A stretch of DNA of 64,000 nt. It comes from Eubacteriales bacterium (GTDB taxonomy: Bacteria; Bacillota; Clostridia; Oscillospirales; CAG-272). Position 1 is the first letter of the stretch. Every line of letters begins with the position of its first letter. The notes beneath the pieces are model-generated. The model was not told the origin of the DNA, searched no databases, and saw only the letters and a program-made list of their open reading frames with translations. Position numbers and translations under genes: made by a program. The stretch covers positions 7,843-71,842 of the forward strand of contig JBGVRT010000005.1 in the NCBI GenBank assembly GCA_045128735.1, in the 5' to 3' direction. Below, piece after piece: positions 19,479-28,252 of this stretch.

Positions 19479-20171
19479 ATGATGAAAAAACTTTATACCG
19501 CAACAGGAATTTTGAAACAGAAGCATGGTTCGGGCGGCAGGACCTATCCATACGTTTCTCTTGGAAATCAAGAGTACGTTTTGAATATGCAGGAAATGGT
19601 TCTTTGGACCATTCTTAATTGGCGCATTCTTTCGGAGGATGAAATCAAAGCGCTGTATGATAAGAAAACCAAAGAACTCGGGATTGATTATCACCGAAGC
19701 GTAGAAGCTTGCCAATACTACTTGGTGCAGCGCGGTCTTATTGCAGAAGGCTGTGGTGAGACGGGTGCAGATGCACTTTATGATCTTATTTCCTCGCTTT
19801 ACGTTGTGCCGATCTCCGAGAATATTTTTCTCCGGTTCTTTTCCTTTATCAAGCTTACCTTCATAAAGGGTGTTCCTTTCTCTGTTACCCGAAAGATCTT
19901 ATTTAGTGATAAGCGCAGCGAAGGCGAGAAAAAGGTAATGCGACTTGCAAAGCAAGCAAGGTTTTCAACTGCGGAGATCATCAAGTGTGTTGAGAAAAAC
20001 AAAATCAATTTTGCAAATGATGAGGAAATCCTTGACACGATCTATGATGATGAAGATACGACCAGTGATAACATTGCCTATGCGGTAAGGAGCTTATCTG
20101 CTTGCCGTCCCGTTCTGACCGATGTAGCCAATCTATATCTGAGGCAGAACATCGTGTTTGAGAGGGCTTGA
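19479..20171 (+). CDS. Hypothetical protein
   Basis: Protein-like ORF, co-oriented. No motif recognised. Confidence 0.4.
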   Translation: MMKKLYTATGILKQKHGSGGRTYPYVSLGNQEYVLNMQEMVLWTILNWRILSEDEIKALYDKKTKELGIDYHRSVEACQYYLVQRGLIAEGCGETGADALYDLISSLYVVPISENIFLRFFSFIKLTFIKGVPFSVTRKILFSDKRSEGEKKVMRLAKQARFSTAEIIKCVEKNKINFANDEEILDTIYDDEDTTSDNIAYAVRSLSACRPVLTDVANLYLRQNIVFERA

Positions 20172-20172
20172 T

Positions 20173-20643
20173 ATGGAAAAATGGAAAGCAGCACCGGCAC
20201 CTCTAAAGAAAAAGATTCTTTTGATGGCGCTTGTTGGAGTGGGATGCTTACTTGTCGGTATCGCACTGTGTGTATTTTCAAAGGATACTATGATGTTGTT
20301 CTTAAGTCTCGGCGTATTTGGCTTTAGCGTATATAAGGCATTTTCGATCTATCGACTTATTGCTAAAAACGAGTATGAGGTCGTAGAGGGCACTTGCGTA
20401 GGAATTGTTCCAAAAATGCTTGGCAGATACCGCAAGATCAAGATAATGGACGACGAGGCAAACGAGTCCACGCTGCTCCTTGATAAGCAATCTAAAATCA
20501 AGATCGGCGACAGATATCGCTTCTATTTCAAGAAAACAACGAGAGTTACTCTCGGAAACGAGTATTTTGATACGGCACTTGCATCGGATTGTTTCCTTGG
20601 GTATGAAGCGGTAGAAGCTTTTGATTCGGAGCAAGTTGAATAA
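20173..20643 (+). CDS. Membrane protein, unknown function
   Basis: ATG at 20173 follows a GAGAGGG RBS and the upstream stop. Two TM helices (ILLMALVGVGCLLVGIALCVF; MMLFLSLGVFGFSVY). Confidence 0.4.
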   Translation: MEKWKAAPAPLKKKILLMALVGVGCLLVGIALCVFSKDTMMLFLSLGVFGFSVYKAFSIYRLIAKNEYEVVEGTCVGIVPKMLGRYRKIKIMDDEANESTLLLDKQSKIKIGDRYRFYFKKTTRVTLGNEYFDTALASDCFLGYEAVEAFDSEQVE

Positions 20644-20735
20644 TATCAAATTGCTTAAACAAATGACCTCAAATCACTAAAACGCACAACCTCAAATTAC
20701 TAAAATAATTTACATCAAATTACTAAAATGGTGTT
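20644..20735 (+). repeat. Four direct repeats with exact 23-bp periodicity (iteron/operator-like)
   Basis: Units start at 20644 (TATCAAATTGCTTAAA), 20667 (CCTCAAATCACTAAAA), 20690 (CCTCAAATTACTAAAA) and 20713 (CATCAAATTACTAAAA). They abut the -35 box of the next promoter. Confidence 0.7.
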
Positions 20736-20762
20736 TACAAAACGGATTTATTGTGGTATACT
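20734..20762 (+). promoter_or_regulatory. Extended -10 promoter for the AAA ATPase gene
   Basis: TTTACA, 17-nt spacer, TGgTATACT. Confidence 0.6.
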
Positions 20763-20794
20763 AATATCAAGAAACGTATGTGGAGGTTAATTAT

Positions 20795-22075
20795 ATGGAT
20801 TATAAATCTCGAATTGTTGACTCTCTTTTAGATCTAAAATTAGAGGCTTTTGGAGCAACACTTATCAAAGGACCGAAGGGCTGCGGAAAAACCACGTCAG
20901 CCAAACAGAAGGCAAAAAGCTTTGTTGAGTTTCAAGACGAAGATGTTAGAGAAAACCTGTTAGCTGTCGCAAACGCTGCTCCAAAGCGGCTTTTGATCGG
21001 TGAAAAGCCAAGACTTTTTGACGAGTGGCAGGATGCACCCAAGTTATGGGGCGCAATAAGAAAGGACATTGACGATACAGGACTTAGCGGTCAGTACATT
21101 CTGACGGGTTCATCCTCGCAGGACATAGACACACCGCACACCGGCACGTTGCGTATTAGTCAACTGCTTATGTATCCGATGAGCTTGTACGAAAGCGGTG
21201 AGTCCAACGGAACAGTATCGTTAGCGAATTTGTTCGACCATCCCGACGATTTTGACGGATGCGAATCGAATATGACGGTAGATAATCTGATATTTGCTAT
21301 ATGCCGCGGAGGTTGGCCGAGATGCTTATTGTTACCTACCGACAGAGCAAAGCTTGAAATCGTAAAGGATCTATATAGGCAAACTTATTCGGTGGATATT
21401 TCTAATATTGATAAGGTCAAGCGAAACCCTCGTATTGCTCAGGCGATTTTACAGTCTTACAGCCGTAACATTTGCACGTTGGCAGAAACAAAAACTATTG
21501 TCGGTGATGTGAAGGCAAATTTTGACGTGAGCGACCCGACAATCTATGACTATATCTCTGCTCTTGAAAAGCTGTATATCATTGACGATATTGATGCGTG
21601 GTGTCCGGCAATCCGTTCAAAGACTGTTATCCGTGCTTCCAAAAAGCGTAATTTCGTTGATCCGTCTATTGCGGTGGCAGCTCTTGGTTTATCCCCGGCG
21701 TATTTCAACGAAGATTTCAAAACTCTCGGGTTCTTATTTGAGTCCTTGTGTATTCGTGATCTGAAGGTTTATTCTTCTGCGTTTGACGGTCAAATGTCTT
21801 ATTACAGAGACAGATACGGTCTTGAAGCTGATGGCGTGTTGCACTTAAACGACGGTCGCTACGCGCTGCTTGAATTCAAGCTCGGTTCTTCGGAGATCGA
21901 CGAAGGCGCAACACATTTGTGCGAGATCGAAAGATTGGTTAAGGAGTATAATGAGAAAGAAACACAATGCAAATTAAGACTCCCTGACCTTAAGATCGTT
22001 ATCACGGGTACTCAATATGGTTATAGAAGACCTGATGGCGTTTTTGTAATTCCCATCGGGTGCTTAAAAAACTAA
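20795..22075 (+). CDS. AAA-ATPase with C-terminal PD-(D/E)xK-like module (AAA_14 + DUF4143-type architecture)
   Basis: Walker A LIKGPKGCGKTT and Walker B-like LFDEWQD. The C-terminal GLEADGVL...ALLEFKLG fits a D...ExK nuclease-like motif. TGGAGG lies 8 nt upstream of the ATG at 20795. Confidence 0.7.
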   Translation: MDYKSRIVDSLLDLKLEAFGATLIKGPKGCGKTTSAKQKAKSFVEFQDEDVRENLLAVANAAPKRLLIGEKPRLFDEWQDAPKLWGAIRKDIDDTGLSGQYILTGSSSQDIDTPHTGTLRISQLLMYPMSLYESGESNGTVSLANLFDHPDDFDGCESNMTVDNLIFAICRGGWPRCLLLPTDRAKLEIVKDLYRQTYSVDISNIDKVKRNPRIAQAILQSYSRNICTLAETKTIVGDVKANFDVSDPTIYDYISALEKLYIIDDIDAWCPAIRSKTVIRASKKRNFVDPSIAVAALGLSPAYFNEDFKTLGFLFESLCIRDLKVYSSAFDGQMSYYRDRYGLEADGVLHLNDGRYALLEFKLGSSEIDEGATHLCEIERLVKEYNEKETQCKLRLPDLKIVITGTQYGYRRPDGVFVIPIGCLKN

Positions 22076-22146
22076 TCTTTGTGTAACCACAAGTCAGAAC
22101 AATCAGCTAAATCACAGATAAAATACTATATATTGTGAAAATAGAC

Positions 22147-22175
22147 TTGACAAAATCAATATATAGTGGTATAAT
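22147..22175 (+). promoter_or_regulatory. Consensus extended -10 promoter upstream of ssb, embedded in an inverted repeat
   Basis: TTGACA, 17-nt spacer, TGgTATAAT. CAAAATCAAT (22151-22160) and ATTGATTTT (22185 onward) form an inverted repeat around the -10 box. Confidence 0.7.
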
Positions 22176-22264
22176 ACTACTGTAATTGATTTTTTGTGCT
22201 TGTCCGATAGGACTTTTCGTGAGAAAACAGCTCACATTGCACACGTTGTTAAGTTTGTATTCAA

Positions 22265-22324
22265 AGTGCCGAGTATTACGGTTTTTGCCCTTATGGGATA
22301 AAACTGTTTTGTCGGCACTTTTTT
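22265..22324 (+). terminator. Hairpin plus T-run inside the ssb leader (attenuator or end of a small RNA)
   Basis: AGTGCCGA ... TCGGCACT stem with an about 39-nt loop, followed by TTTTTT. It lies about 40 nt before the ssb start. Confidence 0.45.
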
Positions 22325-22361
22325 ATATAGATATTTTAGCCGACAGGCAGAAAGGAGTAGT

Positions 22362-22775
22362 ATGGCGCAAATCAGTGTAGATGGTCAGGTTATTTCAGAA
22401 ATTGAACTCAAGACCTCTGCAAAAAACAACCCCTATGTTCGTTTCGAAATTGTTGAGTACATCGGCAAAGGAGAAAAGCAGCGAGCACAGTATTTTCACG
22501 TATGCGCTTTTGCTGAGCATGCACTTGGCATAGTCAATGCAGGCATCGGTAAAGGTAGCCATATACAGCTTTACGGAAAGCTCGAAGTAGAAACCTACGG
22601 AAAGCGCGACGGAAAAGGTGTTGGAAAACGAATGAAAATCATGCTCAAGGATTGGGGGTCCATTCCTATCGGTGAGTCCAAGAGACAGACGTCTTTGGAC
22701 AAAGCACCTCCCGAAATGGTGATGCCAGACGAGGTAATCGAAATTGACGGAGACAAAGAACCCATGCCGAAATAA
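22362..22775 (+). CDS. ssb: Single-stranded DNA-binding protein-like OB-fold protein
   Basis: SSB-like layout: N-terminal beta strands (QVISEIELKTSAKNNPYVRFEIV), KGSHIQLYGKLEVETYGKRDGK. No canonical acidic DDDIPF tail. Confidence 0.6.
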   Translation: MAQISVDGQVISEIELKTSAKNNPYVRFEIVEYIGKGEKQRAQYFHVCAFAEHALGIVNAGIGKGSHIQLYGKLEVETYGKRDGKGVGKRMKIMLKDWGSIPIGESKRQTSLDKAPPEMVMPDEVIEIDGDKEPMPK

Positions 22776-22784
22776 TTCGGCGAC

Positions 22785-22846
22785 AAAGAGGAACTGTTAG
22801 ATGTTTTTCAAAGGAAGAAAACGTCAACAGTTCCTCTTTTTTTGTT
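22785..22846 (+). terminator. Rho-independent terminator after ssb
   Basis: AAAGAGGAACTGTT / AACAGTTCCTCTTT stem followed by a T-run. Confidence 0.7.
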
Positions 22847-22881
22847 TTCAAATCAAACACAGAAAGGATGAACAAAAAAGA

Positions 22882-23688
22882 ATGAAAAAGAAGCAAACCT
22901 TATGGAACGGTGTGTCCGTCCTCATCGTAGCAGTGCTCGGTATAACGGCATTTGTCAGAGGCGATGCACAGCTTTGGCTCAACGCCACCGCTTTTATTGT
23001 ATGGGCGATTTGGGCAACGGTAAAATTCCTTGTACCGTATATCGATCAAAAGCTCGCAGAACAGGAAGCTCGTGAGATTCGCGAGATGTATGAAGAAGAG
23101 GAACGCTTGATGCAAGACAACAGCAATCCCGAAACTACGGGTATCGTGCTGCTTCGTCACGTTAATCATCGCATTTCAGCTTATCTTAAATCGGCGTATC
23201 CCGAGGCAACTTGGGAATGGCGAGAGGACTATCCTGAAGACATTGTATCTAAAGGTGGAACAGGTCGAATCCAGGTTTATGGAGTTGCAGATTTTAACTA
23301 CGCAGATGTAACGGTAAACAAAAATGCCGAGATCAAATGCGAAATGCTTAAAATCGTTCCTATGACCGAAATCCAGAGAAAAGCTCCAACCGCAGAAGAT
23401 AATCCCAAGCCTACTCCGCAGACCCCCGTTGACCCGCAGATTTGGTATGAGAAAAAAGGTCGAGTTGTCCTTGAAAACCTCATCACCGATCTGAACTCAC
23501 GCGGTCACAGCAGTCTGACTATAACTGCAAACGGAGAGGTCCTTATCGAGCAAGCGGACTGTAAGGTAAAGCAAGCCACCCTTGAGAGTATGCCCGATAA
23601 AATGTATTGGACACGTCTTTCCAAGGTGTTTCAGAGCGAAGGACTCGCCACCGACATCACGGAAGATTCTATGGTGCTCTCATGGTAA
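22882..23688 (+). CDS. Membrane protein, unknown function
   Basis: The ATG at 22882 (MKKKQTLW) lies after the ssb terminator. Two N-terminal TM helices. The track start at 22801 lies inside the terminator. Confidence 0.4.
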   Translation: MKKKQTLWNGVSVLIVAVLGITAFVRGDAQLWLNATAFIVWAIWATVKFLVPYIDQKLAEQEAREIREMYEEEERLMQDNSNPETTGIVLLRHVNHRISAYLKSAYPEATWEWREDYPEDIVSKGGTGRIQVYGVADFNYADVTVNKNAEIKCEMLKIVPMTEIQRKAPTAEDNPKPTPQTPVDPQIWYEKKGRVVLENLITDLNSRGHSSLTITANGEVLIEQADCKVKQATLESMPDKMYWTRLSKVFQSEGLATDITEDSMVLSW

Positions 23689-23721
23689 AACCACGAGATC
23701 TACGGAAAGGAGTGATGCTAA

Positions 23722-24795
23722 ATGAAGGCGGGCCTTGCAATCGAAGAATTGGCAGCCGAAATAATGCGCCAAAATGAAATCAAAGAGGACTATGTGGTAA
23801 ACAGTAACAGCCTTTTAATGGAAGCCTTTGATTCGGAGCTGTACCTTCGTGTAATGGATGAGAATATGTCAGACCGACTTGAACCTCTCGCCATTTCCGA
23901 AAATGCCCATAGGCAGATCAGCGCCAGACTCAGCATCCCTATCAAGTATTATAACAGAATGCTTGAGGAAGGACAGACACTTTTAACACAGAACGTCAAC
24001 CACTGGTTTTCAAGGAATCCCGAACAGCGTATGCTTCGTGTGATGGAGGGCAAGGTTCGAGCGTTTTTGAGCAATCGTTATCTTCGCATTGACAATCACG
24101 AGGTTGTCTGCGCGGTTATGCCTGTTATGGGAGAGATACCCGACGTCAATTTTGTGAGTAACCAAATTACAGATAACCATCTGTATATCAAGGCGGTAAA
24201 TCCTAATATGACTCGCGAACTTTCACCCGGAAAAACCGTTCAAGCAGGCATCGTTATATGCAATAGCGAAACAGGTCTCGGTACATTTTATGTATCCCCG
24301 ATGATTTATTGTCCGGAATTAAACTTCGGTATGATTTCGGATATGGGAAAGGTCAAACGTACACATATGGGACCGACCTACAGAACCAGTGAGCATTTCC
24401 TGCTGCGCCCCGAACAATTCCTCATGGCAGATGATAACGCTTTCCTTGAGAGGATTCGAGGATCTGTCAGAGAGGCACTTGACGAGGAGAGCTTCGAGCA
24501 AACTGTAAATACAATGCAGGAAGCGATGGAGGCACAAATCAATCAAGAAAACGTGCCGCAGGTGGTAAATGCAGCCGCAGATGCCTTTGGCATCACGGAC
24601 ACAGAACAGGAAGGCGTATTGCAGCACCTAATGGAAAGCGAGGATATGACTCGTTTTGGTCTTGCAAACGCGGTAACAAGGCAAAGCACTGACAGCGAAA
24701 GCTATGAACGTGCAACAGACCTTGAGGAGATCAGCTATCGAATGCTGACAATGCCCAATAACCAATGGGAAAGAATGAATCAAATAGCAGCTTAA
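23722..24795 (+). CDS. DUF932/DUF945-like phage/plasmid protein
   Basis: The segment AHRQISARLSIPIKYYNRMLEE...LLTQNVNHW...RAFLSNRYLRIDNHEV matches the conserved core I recall for DUF932. Confidence 0.5.
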   Translation: MKAGLAIEELAAEIMRQNEIKEDYVVNSNSLLMEAFDSELYLRVMDENMSDRLEPLAISENAHRQISARLSIPIKYYNRMLEEGQTLLTQNVNHWFSRNPEQRMLRVMEGKVRAFLSNRYLRIDNHEVVCAVMPVMGEIPDVNFVSNQITDNHLYIKAVNPNMTRELSPGKTVQAGIVICNSETGLGTFYVSPMIYCPELNFGMISDMGKVKRTHMGPTYRTSEHFLLRPEQFLMADDNAFLERIRGSVREALDEESFEQTVNTMQEAMEAQINQENVPQVVNAAADAFGITDTEQEGVLQHLMESEDMTRFGLANAVTRQSTDSESYERATDLEEISYRMLTMPNNQWERMNQIAA

Positions 24796-24843
24796 CGCTG
24801 ACTACACACAAAAAATTTTTAATTAACAAGGAGTAATGAAAAT

Positions 24844-25692
24844 ATGTATAACAACAATGATAACGCAATGGTAGAAAAGAAGAACTTTATGCTTCCCGAA
24901 ATGCTTGAGGGTGAATTCACAAGCGAAGAGCTTGCTGATGACTATGATGGATTGCAGCTCAGTTTTCAGCGAGTGAAGATCCCTGCGGGCGGTGCTTTGC
25001 AGTTTGAGATCCCCAGCGACGATCCCGAAAACCCCGATTACACCAAGTATATTGAGGGTGTTATTTTGCACTCTCATCAGACCGGTGCTTATTGGCCCGA
25101 AGGATCTGAGTACGATGATTCGGTTACCCCTCTTTGCTCGTCTGTTGACGGCAAGGTTGGCTGCGGAACTCCCGGAGGCTCTTGCGCTCTTTGTGAGCTG
25201 AATCAGTACGGAACTGCAACGGACAGCAAGGGCAACCAAGCCAAGGGTAAGGCGTGCAAGAATATGCGTCATTTGTATATTCTCCGCGATGGCGAATATA
25301 TGCCGATTCTTCTCGCACTTCCTCCCACAAGCCTTCGTCCTTATTCCGACTTCATCAATGCCTGCTTTGTAACACGCCGCCGTCCTACTTACGCCAGCGT
25401 GGTACAGATCGGACTTAAGAGAGTTGAGGGCGCTAACACTTACAGCGTGGCAACTTTTAAGAAGGTCTGTGATTTTACAGGCGAGGAGCTTGCAAAGGTC
25501 AAGGCGTATGCTACCGGCTTCCGTGAGCAGATCAAGGGAATGCTTCAGACACGTGCCGCTGATGCGATGAGCCGTTCGGACGCAGAGCCGTTTTATGAGG
25601 ACTCTACCTATCAGACACGAGAGAATGGCAATCATTTTGAGATTTCCAGCAATGATATCATTGACGGAGACAAAGATGACCTGCCTCTCTAA
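24844..25692 (+). CDS. Hypothetical protein with Cys cluster
   Basis: AAGGAG RBS. Cys cluster CSSVDGKVGCG...CALCE...CKN. Chosen over the antisense 270-aa ORF on RBS, orientation and composition. Confidence 0.4.
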   Translation: MYNNNDNAMVEKKNFMLPEMLEGEFTSEELADDYDGLQLSFQRVKIPAGGALQFEIPSDDPENPDYTKYIEGVILHSHQTGAYWPEGSEYDDSVTPLCSSVDGKVGCGTPGGSCALCELNQYGTATDSKGNQAKGKACKNMRHLYILRDGEYMPILLALPPTSLRPYSDFINACFVTRRRPTYASVVQIGLKRVEGANTYSVATFKKVCDFTGEELAKVKAYATGFREQIKGMLQTRAADAMSRSDAEPFYEDSTYQTRENGNHFEISSNDIIDGDKDDLPL

Positions 25693-25732
25693 AAGATAAT
25701 GCTGTGTAAGCCTTACATAGCATAAGAAATCA

Positions 25733-25772
25733 GGGATACCGTTAGCCTTTTAGCAAACGGTATCCCTTTTTT
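25733..25772 (+). terminator. Rho-independent terminator
   Basis: GGGATACCGTT / AACGGTATCCC stem followed by TTTTTT. Confidence 0.75.
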
Positions 25773-25791
25773 CACTTTGGAGGAAAGGAAT

Positions 25792-26331
25792 ATGGATGTA
25801 CGCCCATTAACAAAAAAGCATCAACAATTTGCAGAAGAAAATCATGATTTGGTGTATGCCTTTCTGAACAAGAAGAAGTTGCCCGAGACCGTTTTTTACG
25901 ACGTGATCATTTTCGGTTATCTTCGTGCTGTGCAGGAATATTGCGATTGTCCACGACTCCACAATTACAAGTTTTCAACTCTTGCGTGGAAGCGTATGCA
26001 AAGCTCTCTATCAAACTATTATTCCTATATAAACAGCGCAAAACGAAGCGCTCACGTTGTCAGTCTTGACGAGCCTGTTGGGAGTGAGAACGGTCTGCTA
26101 TGGGAAGAAATCGTTTCCTATCAAAGCAATATGATGGAAGAGTTTGAAATGGAGCTTCTGCTGCATAACTTGGCTACGGCTTTACCGGAACGCGAGATGC
26201 GGATCATACGGATGAAGGTGGATGGCAAGCGAATGCACGAAATTGCAAAGGCTGAGCATCTGACGTTTCGCCAAATCAATTCTATTTTGCTTGATGCTTA
26301 CCCAACGATAATAAAAACTCTCTACGGTTAG
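25792..26331 (+). CDS. Sigma-70 family (ECF/Tn916 Orf7-like) sigma factor
   Basis: Region 4-like HTH MRIIRMKVDGKRMHEIAKAEHLTFRQINSIL and a region 2-like N-terminal half. GGAGGAAAGG RBS before the ATG at 25792. Confidence 0.55.
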   Translation: MDVRPLTKKHQQFAEENHDLVYAFLNKKKLPETVFYDVIIFGYLRAVQEYCDCPRLHNYKFSTLAWKRMQSSLSNYYSYINSAKRSAHVVSLDEPVGSENGLLWEEIVSYQSNMMEEFEMELLLHNLATALPEREMRIIRMKVDGKRMHEIAKAEHLTFRQINSILLDAYPTIIKTLYG

Positions 26332-26359
26332 CTCGTAGAGCGATTGGAGGTTAAACAGA

Positions 26360-26590
26360 ATGAAAAAGACGATATCTATCACAGGACAAGTTGTATTTCC
26401 ACTCAGAGAGGGTTCAAGAGCGATCATTGCCTACGGCGGTGATTTTATTTATACCTCTCGTGTGGTAGATATTATTGAGGTGAGCGAAGATTATGCTCAC
26501 TTCGAAACAATGAACTCTGTATATAAGGTGGCGTTTGTGCCGCAAACCACATTTGCACCATTACCAATAACATTGGCTAAGTGTGCATAG
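26360..26590 (+). CDS. Hypothetical small protein
   Basis: GGAGG RBS. 76 aa. No motif recognised. Confidence 0.3.
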   Translation: MKKTISITGQVVFPLREGSRAIIAYGGDFIYTSRVVDIIEVSEDYAHFETMNSVYKVAFVPQTTFAPLPITLAKCA

Positions 26591-26604
26591 AAAGGAAGAC
26601 TGCT

Positions 26605-26991
26605 ATGAGTAAAACAGCTACTTGGCAAATAAGTAACAGCGTATTTCTGGATTGGTTTCAGCTCAAGGAACTGCTTGAATATCGTATAGAAGCACTGATC
26701 GGACGAAATATACGCCCCGTGCCGTTTCAAGACGGTGATTATTGGGACGTGAGGACCGACGATTACACGGAGCAAGAAATCAAGCTGCTGATCGAGGCTG
26801 CCAACGGAGACGAATACGACCAAGAAAACCATCCCGTTGATATAGACGGTATGGGAAACGGGTTAAACGACACCTTGGCACGAAAGCTTATTGCTGTTGA
26901 ATTGCCCTTTGAAATCGACAGAACCTTGGTCGGCGAAACGGGAGTGTATTTTCTCAGCAACGAAGAACTCTACACAAAGGTTTATAAGTAA
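26605..26991 (+). CDS. Hypothetical acidic protein
   Basis: ATG at 26605. D/E-rich (DDYTEQE, NGDEYDQENHPVDIDG). Confidence 0.35.
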   Translation: MSKTATWQISNSVFLDWFQLKELLEYRIEALIGRNIRPVPFQDGDYWDVRTDDYTEQEIKLLIEAANGDEYDQENHPVDIDGMGNGLNDTLARKLIAVELPFEIDRTLVGETGVYFLSNEELYTKVYK

Positions 26992-27043
26992 AATCCAAGG
27001 CACAGTCGCTTCGGCGGCTGTGCTAAGCAAAGGAGATGATTTT

Positions 27044-27340
27044 TTGAAAAAGAATGAAAACGATTTTAAGATCAGCGTAAGCTACAGAGGCAAGATTTAC
27101 CTGTTTGACTACGGTTCTCAGGCTTACATATTTCACACGGGTATCTACAACGATATCCCAAAGAAATATGGACTCAAGGGGCTGAGGGAGTACACGAACT
27201 TGGTTCACACCTGTTACGTTGAAGATAGCAACAGAACCCCGCTTGGTGAGCTTTCGGATTACGTCGCGCAGCGATGGAAAAAGATGCGAAACAAGCACAC
27301 AGACGAAATACTTGCCGAGTTTTACAACTATGCGATGTAG
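27044..27340 (+). CDS. Hypothetical small protein
   Basis: AAAGGAG lies 8 nt upstream of the in-frame TTG at 27044. The upstream part of the track ORF overlaps the preceding gene. Confidence 0.3.
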   Translation: MKKNENDFKISVSYRGKIYLFDYGSQAYIFHTGIYNDIPKKYGLKGLREYTNLVHTCYVEDSNRTPLGELSDYVAQRWKKMRNKHTDEILAEFYNYAM

Positions 27341-27351
27341 GAGGAAAAGAA

Positions 27352-28239
27352 ATGAGTTTACTTGATAAGTTATCAGCGATAGAAATCAAACCCGATACCC
27401 GTATATCAGAAGCGGATCGTGAGTTTTGCCAGAAACATCAAAAGGCATACCTTGAGGCAAGAGATGCCCTCATATCAATTAAAAAACAGTGGAAAACTAT
27501 CTACGATGCTCAAATGGCTGTTATGGAGCAAATATCCGGCAGTGAATATACAAAGGATCGGTACATTAAAGTTGAGGGGCTTTCCACGAGTAGCTTGAGC
27601 AATAAGATCGAGCTGTTACCGGAACTGTTCATTACTTCGCTCGTTACGTATTTCAACGATAAATACCACGTTTCCGTAAGTGTTGAGGCAGCAAAGAAGG
27701 CATTACTGCCCGAGTCACCCAAGTATGACTGGGAAAAGAGCCGCACAAAGGAGTATCACGAAAAGATGCGTGATTTCATCTTGCGCTATGAGGACGTGGT
27801 GGAGCAGATATTCGTTCAGCTCGGAGGACGCACGTTTGAGCAACGCGCACTTGACGAGCTAAAGGAAAAGTGCCACAAATTTGCGTGGAATCTATATCAT
27901 AGCAAAGCTGAGTTTGAGGTCAGAAATGACACGATACAGTTCACAGGCTATGCTTGCAGCTATGACTCCTGGTTGAGCCGTTGTGTCTGGAAATTCAATG
28001 ACGGTATGAGAGACGTTCTTCGTGGTCTTGCCCACTTTGAAACAAGACAGCTTGGTTATCTTCCCAAGGATATTGCGTTTCTTGTGAGCTATGACGACAA
28101 ATGCTCATCCTCGTATGAGTTTGACTATGAGAAGCTCAAAAAGATCCGTATGTTCAAGAATCACCGTGTAGACGTCAAGTTCGCAAGCAAGGAGATTGCC
28201 CATCAATTCGCCGAGCAGTACCTCGGACTTGTAGCGTAG
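27352..28239 (+). CDS. Hypothetical protein
   Basis: AGGAGG RBS before the ATG at 27352 (MSLLDKL). No motif recognised. Confidence 0.4.
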   Translation: MSLLDKLSAIEIKPDTRISEADREFCQKHQKAYLEARDALISIKKQWKTIYDAQMAVMEQISGSEYTKDRYIKVEGLSTSSLSNKIELLPELFITSLVTYFNDKYHVSVSVEAAKKALLPESPKYDWEKSRTKEYHEKMRDFILRYEDVVEQIFVQLGGRTFEQRALDELKEKCHKFAWNLYHSKAEFEVRNDTIQFTGYACSYDSWLSRCVWKFNDGMRDVLRGLAHFETRQLGYLPKDIAFLVSYDDKCSSSYEFDYEKLKKIRMFKNHRVDVKFASKEIAHQFAEQYLGLVA

Positions 28240-28252
28240 GAGGTGATATATT

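Noticed and set aside
24823-25635. 270-aa minus-strand ORF mirroring the 282-aa + strand gene at 24844-25692.
   Set aside because: The + frame has an AAGGAG RBS, fits the operon orientation and has protein-like composition. The minus frame has no RBS and an odd Cys/Leu/Ile/Arg-rich sequence.
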